A DNA stretch of 64,000 bases from Candidatus Moanibacter sp. (lineage in GTDB: Bacteria > Verrucomicrobiota > Verrucomicrobiia > Opitutales > UBA2987). Shown here piece by piece: positions 40,307 through 53,097 of this stretch. Positions within the stretch are counted from its first letter, which is position 1. Each line of letters begins with the position of its first letter. The stretch covers positions 15,741 through 79,740 of the forward strand of contig CBDCEW010000085.1 in assembly GCA_965215885.1 (NCBI GenBank), in the 5' to 3' direction. The position numbers and the translations under genes were made by a program. The notes beneath the pieces were generated by a model. That model was not told the origin of the DNA, made no database searches, and saw only the letters and a program-made list of their open reading frames with translations.

Positions 40307-42772
40307 ATGTCGAAAAAGATATTATTCGTACTTGGACTATCGAGCCTGTTGCCCCTTGAGTATGCTACCGGACAAGGCGGTGGAAATTTAACCGCCCAAT
40401 TAGAGATGAATGATGCTCCTTGGACGGGAGTTCCTGGTGAGGTAATCGACTCCTCCGGAAATGGAAATAATGGAACTGCTCAGAACGGGGCCACCACCAT
40501 TGCCGATCCTTTCAGAGGACAGATTGGTTCCTTTGACGGGGTGGATGACTATGTGGAAATCGATAATCTGATCGATTTTAGCACAAGCGATTTCTCAGTG
40601 ACAGTCTGGGTCAATATCGCCGCTTTTACCGATAAAGCTGGTATCTTTGCGAACCGATCCAACACGGGAGACGATCCAGGCTTCCTGATAAGAACTGACA
40701 CTTCTTCCACTGGGAGAAAAGAAATCGAAATCCTCACCGATTTCGGAGAGAGCTCAACGCAATCCTATGCGCGTCATTTAGCAACCGATAGATGGTATCA
40801 CGTAGCTGCAACCGTAGATCGAGACGGTAGCCAAAAAATCTACATTGATGGTGCGCTGCAGGATACGGACGATATCAGCTCCTTCGCTGCAATCGCGATT
40901 ACCAGCAGCCAAAATCCCCGGATTGGAAGAAACGAAGGATCTACCGAGTTCCAAGGAGAAATGGAAGACCTTCGTCTCTATAGCAAAGTATTAACCACTC
41001 TGGAAATCCAGGACATTTTTAACACAACCAACGTTGGGCCGGTGGAATTGGTTCGTGGTCCCTATTTGCAAAGAGCTTCCAACGATGAAATTACTCTGCG
41101 GTGGCTGACAAGCTTTAATACCAACGATAGCCGAGTGCGCTATGGAAGCAGCCCGGGATCACTCACCCAGACCGCAACAGTTGCTGGAGCGAAAACTGAC
41201 CACACCGTGCAGATTACCAGCCTCAATCCCAATACGCGTTATTATTACGCTGTGGGTTCAAATGCGGGAGATTTAGTCGGGGATGATTTTGACCATTACT
41301 TTGAGACTCATCCTGACGTGGCATCCACCCAACCCCAACGGTTTTGGGTATTAGGAGACTCAGGAACAGGGAACAATGAAACCATTGCAGTGCGCGACGC
41401 CTATTTGGAATTAGCCGCCAGTGAACAAGACGCAGATATGGTGATGATGCTTGGGGATAATGCATATAATGACGGCACCCAGCTGCAGCATCAGGGCGCG
41501 GTATTTGATATGTATTCAAGCATCCTCCGCAACAAAGTGCTATGGCCGACATTGGGCAACCATGGTGCCCGGGATTTTGATCCGGTTACCGGAGAACTGC
41601 TCGGCTCTGATGGCGGTCCCAACATGGGCTTTCACTACTTGAAGATCTTTACCCTGCCGGCAAACGGAGAATCCGGAGGTATGCCATCGGGTAGTGAGAA
41701 TTACTATTCCTATGATCGAGGCAACGTACACTTTATTTGCCTGGATTCGAATTTTCGGGATGGCTTTGGAAGCGATCCGGACCCCAGTGCGCCGATGGCC
41801 CAATGGCTGCAGCAGGATCTCACAGCGACCAATCAGGATTGGGTAATTGTATTCTGGCATCATCCACCTTACAGCAAGGGCTCTCACAACGGTGATAGTG
41901 CCATGAGAGATAACATTGTTCCGATTATTGAAGCAGGAGGGGTGGATTTGGTGCTAACAGGTCATAGCCACTCCTATGAGCGTTCGTATCTGATAGATAG
42001 TCTCACCTCCGATCCTGGATTGAACGAGCCGGTTCCTCCCTCAGCGATTGTTGACAGCGGGGATGGTCAAGAAGGCGGAGATGGGGTCTATGAAAAACCT
42101 CCCGGAATTGTTCCGAATACTGGGACCGTATACATCGTGGCGGGAAGTTCGGGTAAGACGAGTGGCGTGCAGCCTGACGACCCTGGTGGTTGGCCTTCGC
42201 CGATCATGATTCACGCGGCGCAAGAACTAGGTTCCTTAGTCATCGATGTGAATGATCAACGAATGGACGTTCGGTTTTTGCGAGAGCTTACCAACCCTAC
42301 TCAAGTTGATGACTTCTTTGCTATTGAAAAGACTCCGAGTGCCGGCATTCCGGGGTATATAGCCTGGAGAGATGGCTTCTTTGCGCCCGGAGAAAGCGGT
42401 AGTGAACCCGATGACGATCCCGAGAAGGATAAGCTTACCAATTTCCTGGAGTTTGCCTTTAACCTCGATCCCAAAGCAAACAGCCCCGATCAGTTGCCTT
42501 CTGCTACGGTAGAACTCAATCCAGTCGACCAAGAGAATTATCTCACCTTCCGCTACCGAAGAAGAATCGTGTTTACCGGCATTACCTACACTGTCGAGGC
42601 ATGTGAAGATCTTCAAACCTGGGATTCAAGCCCCAGCACGTTGGAGGAACTCCCGGATCCTACTCCGAATCCGGATGGTGTGACCGAGACGGTTACTGTA
42701 AGAGTCAAACCCTCTCTAGCGACTGCAGTCATAACTAAGAAATTTGTCAGACTGCGGGTTACTGCTCCTTGA
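40307..42772 (+). CDS. Secreted purple-acid-phosphatase-like metallophosphoesterase with LamG and FN3 domains
   Basis: Signal peptide; LamG (FDGVDDY, WYHVA); RGPYLQ; GDSG, LGDNAY, GNH, HHPPY, GHSHSYER; C-terminal DPEKD..TN.LE...FVRLRV domain. Confidence 0.88.
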   Translation: MSKKILFVLGLSSLLPLEYATGQGGGNLTAQLEMNDAPWTGVPGEVIDSSGNGNNGTAQNGATTIADPFRGQIGSFDGVDDYVEIDNLIDFSTSDFSVTVWVNIAAFTDKAGIFANRSNTGDDPGFLIRTDTSSTGRKEIEILTDFGESSTQSYARHLATDRWYHVAATVDRDGSQKIYIDGALQDTDDISSFAAIAITSSQNPRIGRNEGSTEFQGEMEDLRLYSKVLTTLEIQDIFNTTNVGPVELVRGPYLQRASNDEITLRWLTSFNTNDSRVRYGSSPGSLTQTATVAGAKTDHTVQITSLNPNTRYYYAVGSNAGDLVGDDFDHYFETHPDVASTQPQRFWVLGDSGTGNNETIAVRDAYLELAASEQDADMVMMLGDNAYNDGTQLQHQGAVFDMYSSILRNKVLWPTLGNHGARDFDPVTGELLGSDGGPNMGFHYLKIFTLPANGESGGMPSGSENYYSYDRGNVHFICLDSNFRDGFGSDPDPSAPMAQWLQQDLTATNQDWVIVFWHHPPYSKGSHNGDSAMRDNIVPIIEAGGVDLVLTGHSHSYERSYLIDSLTSDPGLNEPVPPSAIVDSGDGQEGGDGVYEKPPGIVPNTGTVYIVAGSSGKTSGVQPDDPGGWPSPIMIHAAQELGSLVIDVNDQRMDVRFLRELTNPTQVDDFFAIEKTPSAGIPGYIAWRDGFFAPGESGSEPDDDPEKDKLTNFLEFAFNLDPKANSPDQLPSATVELNPVDQENYLTFRYRRRIVFTGITYTVEACEDLQTWDSSPSTLEELPDPTPNPDGVTETVTVRVKPSLATAVITKKFVRLRVTAP

Positions 42773-42925
42773 GGATTCAGTAATCAGATACCAGTTGAAC
42801 CCCTCCAACCCCGCTCATCCTTTGTTCCGATGCGTCGGGACTACGGAGAATGGACCGATCTGGCAGCTCCATCACGTTCACCCGTCCCCCCGGCAGCGTC
42901 AGCTGCCGCATATAAATTTGGCCTC

Positions 42926-43169
42926 GTACGTGTTTAGCGTGATGCTTATGGTCTTAAAGTTCTTGCAAGTCTATTCGATCTTCGGGGTCATGACCTTAAG
43001 AAGTGGTTGTTTTTCCGCTTCGCTGAGGGGGTCAGGCCTTGCAAACCGCCCTTCGCAGGCTTCGGGCATTTTGCTAAGGCGGCTGACCCCGAAAAACAAC
43101 CACTTCTAAGGCTTGACCCCTTCCTGAGAACATCGCACTGAAGCAGTAACCATCACGCTAAACACGTAC
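42926..43169. mobile_element. MITE with GTACGTGTTTAGCGTGATG terminal inverted repeats
   Basis: Perfect 19-bp TIRs; related single ends at about 43835 and 54024; internal GGGGTCA...TGACCCC palindromes. Confidence 0.72.
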
Positions 43170-43182
43170 GAGGCAAAATTTA

Positions 43183-43255
43183 TGGGCCCTGAGGGATTCG
43201 AACCCCCGACCAAAGGATTATGAGTCCTCTGCTCTAACCACTGAGCTAAGGGCCC
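43183..43255 (-). tRNA. tRNA-Ile2 (anticodon CAU, lysidine type); CCA not encoded
   Basis: GGGCCCTTAGCTCAGTGGTTAGAGCAGAGGACTCATAATCCTTTGGTCGGGGGTTCGAATCCCTCAGGGCCCA folds as a cloverleaf and resembles ileX-type tRNAs. Confidence 0.9.
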
Positions 43256-43350
43256 GGGATGGGAAACGGAAAGTGCAGGATGGGGAAAGGAGGAAAAGGT
43301 GGCAAGAAAATCCAGAGTCTGGAAATTCGTTCCGAATTTCCAGACTAACT

Positions 43351-43393
43351 ATCGGGAATTCAGCTGAAGCCGAGCTTCCGCTGAATTCCCGAT
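43351..43393 (-). terminator. Strong hairpin immediately after atpC
   Basis: ATCGGGAATTCAGC...GCTGAATTCCCGAT 14-bp stem; no clear U-tract. Confidence 0.5.
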
Positions 43394-43807
43394 CTAGAGC
43401 CGCTTATTTTTGGCCAGTTTCTGGGCGAGGGAGAATCGCACGATGGTCTCGAGTTTCTCGAGTTCGACGGGATCGATCGTGCTGGTCTCAGCCTCTTTGA
43501 GGGCTTCTTCGGCCCGGGCCTGAGCCTCCTCGACGGTGTCGAGATCGATCTCTTCGATATTAATTGCCCCCTCTGTGAGAACGGAAACCTTGTCGCCGAT
43601 GACTTGGGCGAAGCCCTTATCGACGGCGAGATGTTCGGTTTTCCCTGCCGAGCTGACCACGAGCTCTCCCGGATTGATCATCGTGAGAATGGGTATGTGT
43701 CCCGGGAGAATGCCCATCTCTCCTTCCACGGTGGGCAGGACGACAGAGTCGGCCTCATCGCTGTAGACCTTACTCTCCGGCGTGACTATTTCCAAAAGCA
43801 GAGACAT
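43394..43807 (-). CDS. atpC: ATP synthase epsilon
   Basis: LEIVTPE, GEMGILPGH. Confidence 0.95.
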   Translation of the reverse strand: MSLLLEIVTPESKVYSDEADSVVLPTVEGEMGILPGHIPILTMINPGELVVSSAGKTEHLAVDKGFAQVIGDKVSVLTEGAINIEEIDLDTVEEAQARAEEALKEAETSTIDPVELEKLETIVRFSLAQKLAKNKRL

Positions 43808-43914
43808 ATTCTATAAGAGCCAGTCGGAATTTGAACGTGTTCAGCGTGATGGTTACTGCTTAAATTCGATGTTTCCATTTTCTCTAAACTCCTGTCGACG
43901 AAGTCGACAGGAGT

Positions 43915-45345
<1,431 letters not shown>

Positions 45346-45379
45346 TCAAAACATTGAGTTAAAAATTGAGTAATCCAAT

Positions 45380-46255
45380 TTAAGTGCCGACGAAGCTGGC
45401 GGCGGCGATTTCAAGAATCTCCTGAGTAATGGAAGCCTGTCTAACCTTATTGTACTGGAGAGTGAGGTCATCGACCAAAGAATTCGCATTGTCGGTTGCG
45501 GTCTTCATCGCGACCATGCGCGCGCTGTGTTCGGAAGCTTTTGCTTCCAGCACCATCTGATAGACCTCCTGCTTAATATAGAGATTGAGCAACTCGTCGA
45601 GAATAGCCTCGGGTTCGGGCTCGTAGTGAATCTCCCGATCATCCGCGGACGGAGGAATCCTGCCGACGCCCTCCAGCTGTTTCTCGATAACGGATTTAAG
45701 ATCCTCGAGGGGAAGGAGCGGTATCCTGGTAGGTTCCTGCACGAGAGTATTGACAAACCGCGAATAGATAATCTCCACGCTGTCCACTCTCTCTTCTACA
45801 TAGGCGTCTATCATCATTTCGACAGCCGGGCGGACCTCCGCAAACCGCACGCTGTCGCTGACCGAGAAGTCGGCCATGAGGTCGCGGCGAGCTCGGCTGA
45901 GAAACTGGGTGCCCTTGCGCCCCAGCGAAACGAACCGCGCATCCACCGAAGTTTCCGTCACGAGGCGGAAGAGATTCGAGTTAAGGGGTCCGCACAGACC
46001 CTTGTCGGAGGCTATTAGAAGGACACCGGGATGGCGGTTTTCCCGCTTCTCGAGAAAGGGATGCCTGAAATCGCTGGCCCGGTCTCCCAAAGCGCTCAGA
46101 ATCTCTGCCAGAAGCGTAGCATAGGGGCGTCCCTGCAGCGCGCTATCCTGGGCGCGTTTCATCTTTGAAGCCGCCACCAGCTGCATCGCCCGGGTGATTT
46201 GAGCCGTATTCTTGACGCTCCGGATGCGCCGGCGAATATCCTGTGTGCTAGGCAT
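45380..46255 (-). CDS. atpG: ATP synthase gamma
   Basis: ITRAMQLVAASK, DKGLCG, SEHSARMVAM, RQASITQEI. Confidence 0.97.
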   Translation of the reverse strand: MPSTQDIRRRIRSVKNTAQITRAMQLVAASKMKRAQDSALQGRPYATLLAEILSALGDRASDFRHPFLEKRENRHPGVLLIASDKGLCGPLNSNLFRLVTETSVDARFVSLGRKGTQFLSRARRDLMADFSVSDSVRFAEVRPAVEMMIDAYVEERVDSVEIIYSRFVNTLVQEPTRIPLLPLEDLKSVIEKQLEGVGRIPPSADDREIHYEPEPEAILDELLNLYIKQEVYQMVLEAKASEHSARMVAMKTATDNANSLVDDLTLQYNKVRQASITQEILEIAAASFVGT

Positions 46256-46332
46256 ATTATCTATGAAGAATGCCGAATGAGACTGCTGCTAAATACCCAT
46301 TTCCCATGCTCCCTCATCCCCTACTCTCCTCC

Positions 46333-47865
46333 CTACTCGAAAACCTTCTTCCAATCCTCCACCGCGCCCCTCAATCCCTCCGCAACTTCATCATTAATCT
46401 CCTTATCCGTGCGAATCTGCGCAAGAAGCTCCCCTTTTCGCGAGGCCAGAAACTCATCGAAGCTGCCACTCGCCTCCACCATTCTCTTAACATCGATGTC
46501 GTCGAAGTAGCCGTTCTGGGCCGCCCAGAGCAACCCGACCTGGATTTCCACCGGCTTGGGGGAAAAGGCGGGTTGTTTGAAGAGTTCCACCAGCCGTGAA
46601 CCGCGGTCGAGCTGGGCCTTTGTGCGCGCGTCGAGATCAGATCCAAACTGAGCGAATGCGGCCAGCTCGCGATACTGTGCCAGTTCCAGTTTCACTTTTC
46701 CGGCAACCTGTTTGCAGGCTTTGATCTGGGCGGCTGAACCGACCCGTGAAACGGAGAGCCCAACGGAAATCGCCGGTCGAATGCCCTGATTGAAGAGGTC
46801 CGTCTCGAGAAAGATCTGCCCATCCGTGATCGAGATTACGTTGGTGGGGATATAGGCCGCGACATCACCGGCCTGGGTCTCAATGATCGGCAACGCGGTC
46901 AGTGACCCGTTTCCACTCTCCTCCCTCAACCGAGCCGAACGCTCGAGCAGTCGGCTGTGCAGATAAAATACATCGCCTGGAAACGCCTCCCGTCCCGATG
47001 GCCGTTTCAACACCAGTGAAATCTGCCGGTAGGCTACGGCATGCTTTGAGAGATCGTCATAGACAATGAGCGCATCCATCCCGTTCTCCATAAACCATTC
47101 CCCCATGGCCGCTCCGGCGTAGGGTGCGAGGTATTGATTGGCTGGATTGTCCGCCGCTGGAGCTGACACGATTATGGCGTATTCCAAGGCGCCATTTTCC
47201 TCCAACACGTTTATGGTTCGCGCGACATTGGCGTTCTTCTGACCAACCGCCACATAGATGGAGTAAAGTGGCCGAAAATCCGGATCCTCGCTCTCCTTTC
47301 CCTGTTTGTTGATCTTCGCCTGATTGATAATCGTATCGATCGCGATCGTCGTCTTTCCCGTAGAACGGTCGCCAATAATCAGTTCCCGCTGGCCGCGACC
47401 GATCGGGATCATGGAATCGACCGACATGATTCCGGTTTGCACGGGTTGATCGACCGACTTTCGCGGAATTATGCCGGGCGCGATCTTTTCTACTGGATAG
47501 TAGAGGTCGAAATCGATGGGTCCCTTTCCGTCGACGGGTTGCCCCAGGGCGTCGACCACCCGCCCCAATAGCCCTTTCCCCACGGGGACGGAGAGAAGGC
47601 GGCCCGTGGTCTTGACTTCGTCTCCCTCCTTTAAACGGCTCGTGTCACCAAGAATCACACAGCCCACCTCGTCCTCTTCCAGATTGAGAGCGATTCCCAT
47701 GACTTCGCCCGGAAATTCGAGCATCTCGTTGAACATGACCTCTGAGAGGCCGTCGATCTTGGCAACGCCATCGGCCACATGCGTTATGGAGCCGGTATTC
47801 TCTTTCACGACCGAAGTTTCCAGTCTCGTTATTTCCTCTTGAATCTGTTCGATGATTGAGCTCAT
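46333..47865 (-). CDS. atpA: ATP synthase alpha
   Basis: [36 protein letters not shown]. Confidence 0.98.
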   Translation of the reverse strand: MSSIIEQIQEEITRLETSVVKENTGSITHVADGVAKIDGLSEVMFNEMLEFPGEVMGIALNLEEDEVGCVILGDTSRLKEGDEVKTTGRLLSVPVGKGLLGRVVDALGQPVDGKGPIDFDLYYPVEKIAPGIIPRKSVDQPVQTGIMSVDSMIPIGRGQRELIIGDRSTGKTTIAIDTIINQAKINKQGKESEDPDFRPLYSIYVAVGQKNANVARTINVLEENGALEYAIIVSAPAADNPANQYLAPYAGAAMGEWFMENGMDALIVYDDLSKHAVAYRQISLVLKRPSGREAFPGDVFYLHSRLLERSARLREESGNGSLTALPIIETQAGDVAAYIPTNVISITDGQIFLETDLFNQGIRPAISVGLSVSRVGSAAQIKACKQVAGKVKLELAQYRELAAFAQFGSDLDARTKAQLDRGSRLVELFKQPAFSPKPVEIQVGLLWAAQNGYFDDIDVKRMVEASGSFDEFLASRKGELLAQIRTDKEINDEVAEGLRGAVEDWKKVFE

Positions 47866-47886
47866 AGCTAACTTTCCGCTGCTTCC

Positions 47887-48285
47887 CTATTTTACGTTAT
47901 TAGCAAGTTTCTCCAAATGCCCTGCGACGGACGCGTCATAAACGTCGTCTCCGATGGTGACCCTTAAACCGGCAATGAGATCGGGATTCTCACGGGAGAC
48001 ACTGCTAACCGAACGATGATAACGTGAGCTCAGATCCCTCTCGATCGCTTCCACCGCGGCAGGTTGGATCTCTCCCGCATATTCGAGAACAGCCTCGCTC
48101 CGCCGGATCTCCTGTTTTACATAGTATAAGTAAATTTTGAGTATCAGTTTAAGATGTCGTGGTGACTTCTCTTTCAGAACCTGCAGAATGGCGCTTACCC
48201 TCTCATCCGATATTCGCCCGGACCCGTCGAGACTCAACGAGACCAGCTTCCTGGCATAATCCTTATGGCTTTTTTCCGCGAGCAT
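47887..48285 (-). CDS. atpH: ATP synthase delta (short form)
   Basis: Operon position; NPDLIAGLRVTIGDDVYDASV. Confidence 0.88.
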   Translation of the reverse strand: MLAEKSHKDYARKLVSLSLDGSGRISDERVSAILQVLKEKSPRHLKLILKIYLYYVKQEIRRSEAVLEYAGEIQPAAVEAIERDLSSRYHRSVSSVSRENPDLIAGLRVTIGDDVYDASVAGHLEKLANNVK

Positions 48286-48374
48286 CTTATGCGATGGCGA
48301 ATGTAAAAATCGAAGCGCTCAATTCCTCTCTCGTATTATTATCGTTGCGAATTCGAGTACTAAGTTTGTTGGCT

Positions 48375-48929
48375 TCATTCCGCATTGGCCAACTCCCTTG
48401 ATGCCGACTCGCTGAAAGTTGCTCGATCCTGTTCCGACAATTCCTTACGCAAAACTTTGGCTGTCGTCTGCACCACGAGGGCGGCGATCTCCTGCCGCAC
48501 TTCGAAGAGCATCTTTTTCCGCTCCAGATCGATAGCCTGTTCCGCCTTATTCAGGATATCTTCCGCCTTCCCTGCGGCATCTTGGGTATGTTTCTCCAGG
48601 ATCGCTTTGGCGTTCTCGCGCGTCTCGGTGACAATGTTCTGCGCTTCCTGATGCGCCTTCTTCAGCGTTTCGGCCTCTTTCCTCTCCGCCTCCGCCAATT
48701 TCGACTTCATCTCCTCGGCGTACTGGAGCCCGTCGGCGATCTTCGCCTGGCGCTCTTCGATCGTATTGAGCACCGGCTTGAAGGCAAACTTGTACAGGAG
48801 GAAGGCGACCAGGCAGAAGTTAATGATCTGGGCTAACAGAAATTTGCCATTGACACCAAACTGTTCAGCAATACCCGCGCTAGATGCTTCGGCAGAGGCC
48901 GCTCCAAAAGTTACTATGTATTCTAGCAT
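48375..48929 (-). CDS. atpF: ATP synthase b
   Basis: AQIINF TM followed by coiled coil. Confidence 0.93.
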   Translation of the reverse strand: MLEYIVTFGAASAEASSAGIAEQFGVNGKFLLAQIINFCLVAFLLYKFAFKPVLNTIEERQAKIADGLQYAEEMKSKLAEAERKEAETLKKAHQEAQNIVTETRENAKAILEKHTQDAAGKAEDILNKAEQAIDLERKKMLFEVRQEIAALVVQTTAKVLRKELSEQDRATFSESASRELANAE

Positions 48930-49009
48930 TTCGATCTACGAATAAATAATGTTTGATAGAGAAAGAAAGGCATGGCCAGCAGTTCTCGAGCTGGCCATGC
49001 CCGTTATCT

Positions 49010-49240
49010 TCAAGCTCCAAATTTATAGAGAAAGATCGCGTAGAAAGCGACGGCCTCGGCAAGTGCCATTCCAAGAATGGCCTGAACCAAGATCTTTCCT
49101 GAAGCACCAGGATTTCGCCCTACTGCTTCAGAAGCTTTCATGCCGACGAGTCCGACTCCGATTGCGGCTCCAAAACACCCCATCCCTGCCGCCAGTCCTC
49201 GACCCAGATCACCAGTTAGCTGTGCTATTATATCAATCAT
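49010..49240 (-). CDS. atpE: ATP synthase c
   Basis: GAAIGVG, RNP loop, conserved Glu in ALAEA. Confidence 0.95.
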   Translation of the reverse strand: MIDIIAQLTGDLGRGLAAGMGCFGAAIGVGLVGMKASEAVGRNPGASGKILVQAILGMALAEAVAFYAIFLYKFGA

Positions 49241-49353
49241 TCTTTCTTCCTTCCTCTTATCGCTCTTTATTTAATCGTATCCTCTAGGCGTCTACACGCA
49301 GTGCAGATTGGTTACTGCTGGCATAGTCCCGCCTAAGAAATTCTACAAAACCC

Positions 49354-50229
49354 TCAGTGCGCGTGTTCCTCCCCTTCGTGATTGCAGATCAGCCCTATAT
49401 ATACCGCTACGAGTAAAGTGAAAACAAGCGCTTGAACGAGCCCGATCAGGGTCTCCAGAAAGTAAAACGGAAGGGGAATAGGTAACCACCATGGCGCCAT
49501 TCCCATTATGCTAGTCAATAGATTCTCTCCCCCAAACATATTCCCATAAAGCCGAAACGAAAGCGACACTAGCCTTAAGAGGATGGAGATAATCTCAATG
49601 AATCCGACAGCGAAGAATATGAGGAAAAGAACATAATACATAGCAGCGGGCACATCCGCTTTATCCGCCTTGTTTCCAAAAAGATCATGCAGAAGAACTT
49701 TGAGTCCAGCATATCTTAATACGTAGTAACCCCACGCTACGAAAGAGACGATCGCCAGAGCCAGAGTCATGTTTAGATCAGTATTAGCGGGACGATAGAA
49801 ATACGTGAGATGTCCATCATGCTCTAGACCAAATGTCCCAACTCCTGGGAGCAATCCGCTCCAGTTGTGGATGAGTATAAAAACAAAAAATGCGAGAAGC
49901 AGTGGAAACGTTACTTTGACCATCTGCCTCCCTACGATCGGAGCGACCATCTCGCGAATCCCTTCCATGAGATTTTCTATCACTACTTGCCCCCTCGTCG
50001 GAATCAGCTTCGGCTTTCCCGCCACCCAGCGAAAAACCAGAATTATCGCTAGAGAGAATACCCAACTGGTCACCATCGAGTTGGTGATTGGGAGACCGTA
50101 TATCTCGGTCAATTCATACGCGTAGGGGGATACTCCGCCGCTGTCGCCGGCAGCGTAAGCCCCCGACGCCATTAGAAGCAGCGGAGCAAATGAGAGCGTC
50201 TTTCTAAGTGGATGCATCCCTCCGCGCAT
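49354..50229 (-). CDS. atpB: ATP synthase a
   Basis: PITNS, NWSGLLPG, SLSFRLYGN, QALVFTLL; start uncertain (50229 or 50217). Confidence 0.95.
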   Translation of the reverse strand: MRGGMHPLRKTLSFAPLLLMASGAYAAGDSGGVSPYAYELTEIYGLPITNSMVTSWVFSLAIILVFRWVAGKPKLIPTRGQVVIENLMEGIREMVAPIVGRQMVKVTFPLLLAFFVFILIHNWSGLLPGVGTFGLEHDGHLTYFYRPANTDLNMTLALAIVSFVAWGYYVLRYAGLKVLLHDLFGNKADKADVPAAMYYVLFLIFFAVGFIEIISILLRLVSLSFRLYGNMFGGENLLTSIMGMAPWWLPIPLPFYFLETLIGLVQALVFTLLVAVYIGLICNHEGEEHAH

Positions 50230-50312
50230 GAAAATCAACTGCCCAGAAAGTAATCTGATGCCTGAACATTTACCAGTCGTCAACTCTTGAATTTCGATCC
50301 AATCTTCATAAT

Positions 50313-52203
50313 CAGGGTAAAAGGATTCCAGGAAGCAACTAGCTGATAAGCAAGAAGATAAAAAAAGAGCTAAACAAACCCGAGGGAATCAGTCATGTTA
50401 AGATGGGATGAAAGACAAAAAATCTTACCAACTGAATCCTTCGATAGATCGTTTAACTCTGCGTCTGGTCCTGCCCGAAGAGCAGGAGCGATTCAATGAT
50501 CTATTGAAACAACATCATTATTTACACAGTGCGGGCAGCGCAGGAGAGACCCTGCGCTATGTGGCGCAGATCGACGGGCAATGGATGGGCCTGCTCTTGT
50601 GTGGGGCCGCATCCTACCGGCTGAAGGATCGAGACGAATGGATCGGGTGGGACGGGGCGCAACGGCATGCACGATTGAAACTGGTAGTACAGAACCGGCG
50701 TTTTCTGATTTTGCCCGGGGTGGATCTTGCAAATTTGGCCTCCAAGACGTTGGGTATGTGCCTGAGAGTCTTAGCCGATCACTGGCAGGAGGCTTTTGGC
50801 TATCGTCCCTTAGTAGCGGAAACGTTCGTGGACCCACAGATTCACCGGGGCACTTGCTACGAAGCGAGCGGGTGGACGCCCTTGGGCTTGAGCGCGGGAT
50901 ATGGCCGCCAACGCGAAGATTTCTATCAACGCCATGAGCGTCCCAAGCAGATCTGGGTCAAACCCCTCAAGGCTAATGCCCTTGAGCTTTTGCGCGCTTC
51001 AGGGCCATTGCCCGCGGCACAGAGCCAGGCGCTCAATGAAACCGATAACTCCCATGCGGTCTGCCTCAAAGTGGAACAGATGAGCAGCCTGTGGGAACGC
51101 TTCAATCAGATAGAAGACTTCCGTCGTAAAGCGGGCCTTAGATATCGGCTCGCCACGGTCCTGAGCATGATTGTGCTCGGCACGATGTGCGGCAAACAGA
51201 CCCTCAAGGGCATCGTGCGCCTGGCCCATCATCTCAATCAAGCCCAATTGCGCGCCTTACGCTCCTGGAAAACCCCAAAACAGGCCGCTATAAGGCCCCT
51301 TGCTATGATGTCTTCTATCGGGTCTTGCAAAACGTAAAGGCCGAGCTCTTCGATAAAACCCTCACCGAATTCATCTGCTTACAAGACGGCTGTTTGCCCC
51401 GCGATATTGCCGTCGACGGCAAGACCCTCAAAGGCACAAACACCGAAGAATCAAAGGCTCTGCACCTGGTGGCCGCAGTCGATCACCAAAGCGCTCAAAC
51501 CTTAGCCCAAGTCGCTACCGCCGATAAATCCAACGAGATCACCGCCGCCCAGACTCTCTTGCGAAAGATGCCCATTTTGGACGGCTCCACCTTCACCTTC
51601 GACGCCATGCATAATCAAAAAGAAACTGCCCACATCGTCGTCGAAGAACTCAGTGCTGACTATGTTATTCAAATTAAAGACAATCAGCCCAACATGCATC
51701 AATACGCTCAGAATCTCTTCAGCTCCACCCCCTTTTTCTCCACCACCGTGGACAATGACCATGGGCGACTCGAAATACGTCAAATAGCAACCCATTCTCT
51801 AAGCGCTCCCTCTGCCGGCCTGCCCCATGCCCGCCAGTTCGCCTGTGTGCAACGCACCTTCCATTATCCAAACAAAGCTGAACCTTCCTCTGAACGCTCT
51901 TACTACGTAAGCAGTCTCGATCCCGCCGATTTGAGCCCTCAACAGTTCCTCTCGAAAATTCGCAACCATTGGTCGATCGAAAATAAAAATCATTACCCCA
52001 GGGATCGCTTCTTCGATGAAGATCGATGTATGATCCGTAATCATAACGCAGCCAGAATTCTTGCTGCATGCAGGCAACTGGTTCTCAGCCTCAAGTCTTC
52101 CATGGGCGCTGAATCCACTCCCGCACTCTGTGATGATTTCGTCTTTAACTTACATAAGGCCATCAATATCATCACCTAATGCTCCGAGAATCAAAATACC
52201 GTG
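50313..52203 (+). mobile_element. ISAs1-family insertion sequence
   Basis: Imperfect TIRs CAGGGTAAAAGGATTC / GAATCAAAATACCGTG; 10-bp TSD TCTTCATAAT at 50303-50312 and 52204-52213. Confidence 0.9.
50408..52179 (+). pseudogene. ISAs1 transposase with an N-terminal DUF4338 (DruA-like) domain; single frameshift near 51270
   Basis: HHYL, GETLRY, RFLILP, ETFVDP, GTCY; then IAVDGKTL, KSNEI, DAMH, RNHWSIEN; one A missing at TGGAAAACCCC. Confidence 0.88.
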
Positions 52204-52650
52204 TCTTCATAATCTTGATCTCGCCATGGCTAAACCGGAATTCGACCGGACATCAACCTCAGGGAAAGAGGCGTATTAAAGGAAGACGCCCTGCGCAAAA
52301 TCCTTGAAAATGGATCGCCCCTACCCCACCCCAACGAAAACTGGCCCCCGATTACTTTGCTCGGCTCGTGTATTGCGTTCTTATTTTCGCGGCTCTCGCG
52401 CAATTCGGCATAATTATCTGGATGAGTCTGCGCTATCTCGCGAAACAAATCGCCGCCCCAGTTTTCGTCCTCGTTCTCGAGAATATCCAGGGAAACTTTC
52501 GAATCTTTAGAAGAAAGGATTGCTTTCAACCTCTCCCTTATTTCGAGGACAAGAACGAGGACGATTGAATCCGAATGGCAACCGCCAAGGATGGCGAATC
52601 CGATTGTAGGACTCTACCGTACGGCAGAGAACCAAGTGTAAAGTCTTTGA

Positions 52651-52855
52651 TTGCTGGCTGCCCCGGTCTTGTGCCGGGGTGGCGCGCGTTCCCTGCTATA
52701 AACCGTGTGCTTCTACCAACGCCTCCACCGGTCCTTTCTCGCCCCGGCCGTGTTCCGGCCGGGGCGAGAAAGGACCGGTGGAGGCGTACGGGGTGGCAAT
52801 TGCGTATTGTAGCTGTATACCGTGCGCCACCCCGGCACAAGACCGGGGGCAGCCT
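52651..52855. mobile_element. ~200-bp palindromic REPIN/MITE, empty copy
   Basis: Terminal inverted arms GGCTGCCCCGGTCTTGTGCCGGGGTGGCGC and a central long palindrome; homologous to the interrupted copy at 54047-61203. Confidence 0.85.
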
Positions 52856-52994
52856 CAAAAACGCTAAACAGGTATCAGGCTGGAGGCCTGGCTCACTTTC
52901 CCGCTTCAAGTTTCACCCCTGGTTGAACCGGCAAGGGGCGCGACTGACCTTTACGCTGGAAGTTTCACATTTAGTCCGGCGCTCCGATGGAGGC

Positions 52995-53097
52995 AGACCC
53001 ACCCCACCCTTCGGGCACCCCTCCGCTTGAGGGGATTTTTCCTTTTCGGTGCTAATTGATCAAGTTCCCCTCCCACGGAGGGGCTAGGGGTGGGTCC
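52995..53097. repeat. REP-like inverted doublet
   Basis: GACCCACCCC...CCCCTC..GAGGGGA and TCCCCTCC..GGAGGGG..GGGGTGGGTC. Confidence 0.6.

Noticed and set aside
43183..43255. tRNA-Met call, or tRNA used as an integration site
   Set aside because: The sequence resembles lysidine-type tRNA-Ile2; I saw no integrase and no duplicated tRNA 3' end.
49010..49240. Na+-translocating ATP synthase
   Set aside because: Subunit c has AEAVAFY and lacks the Q...ES(T) sodium-binding signature.
50408..51337. Druantia anti-phage system
   Set aside because: The DUF4338 domain lies inside ISAs1 ends and is fused to the transposase; no DruE helicase or other dru genes are present.
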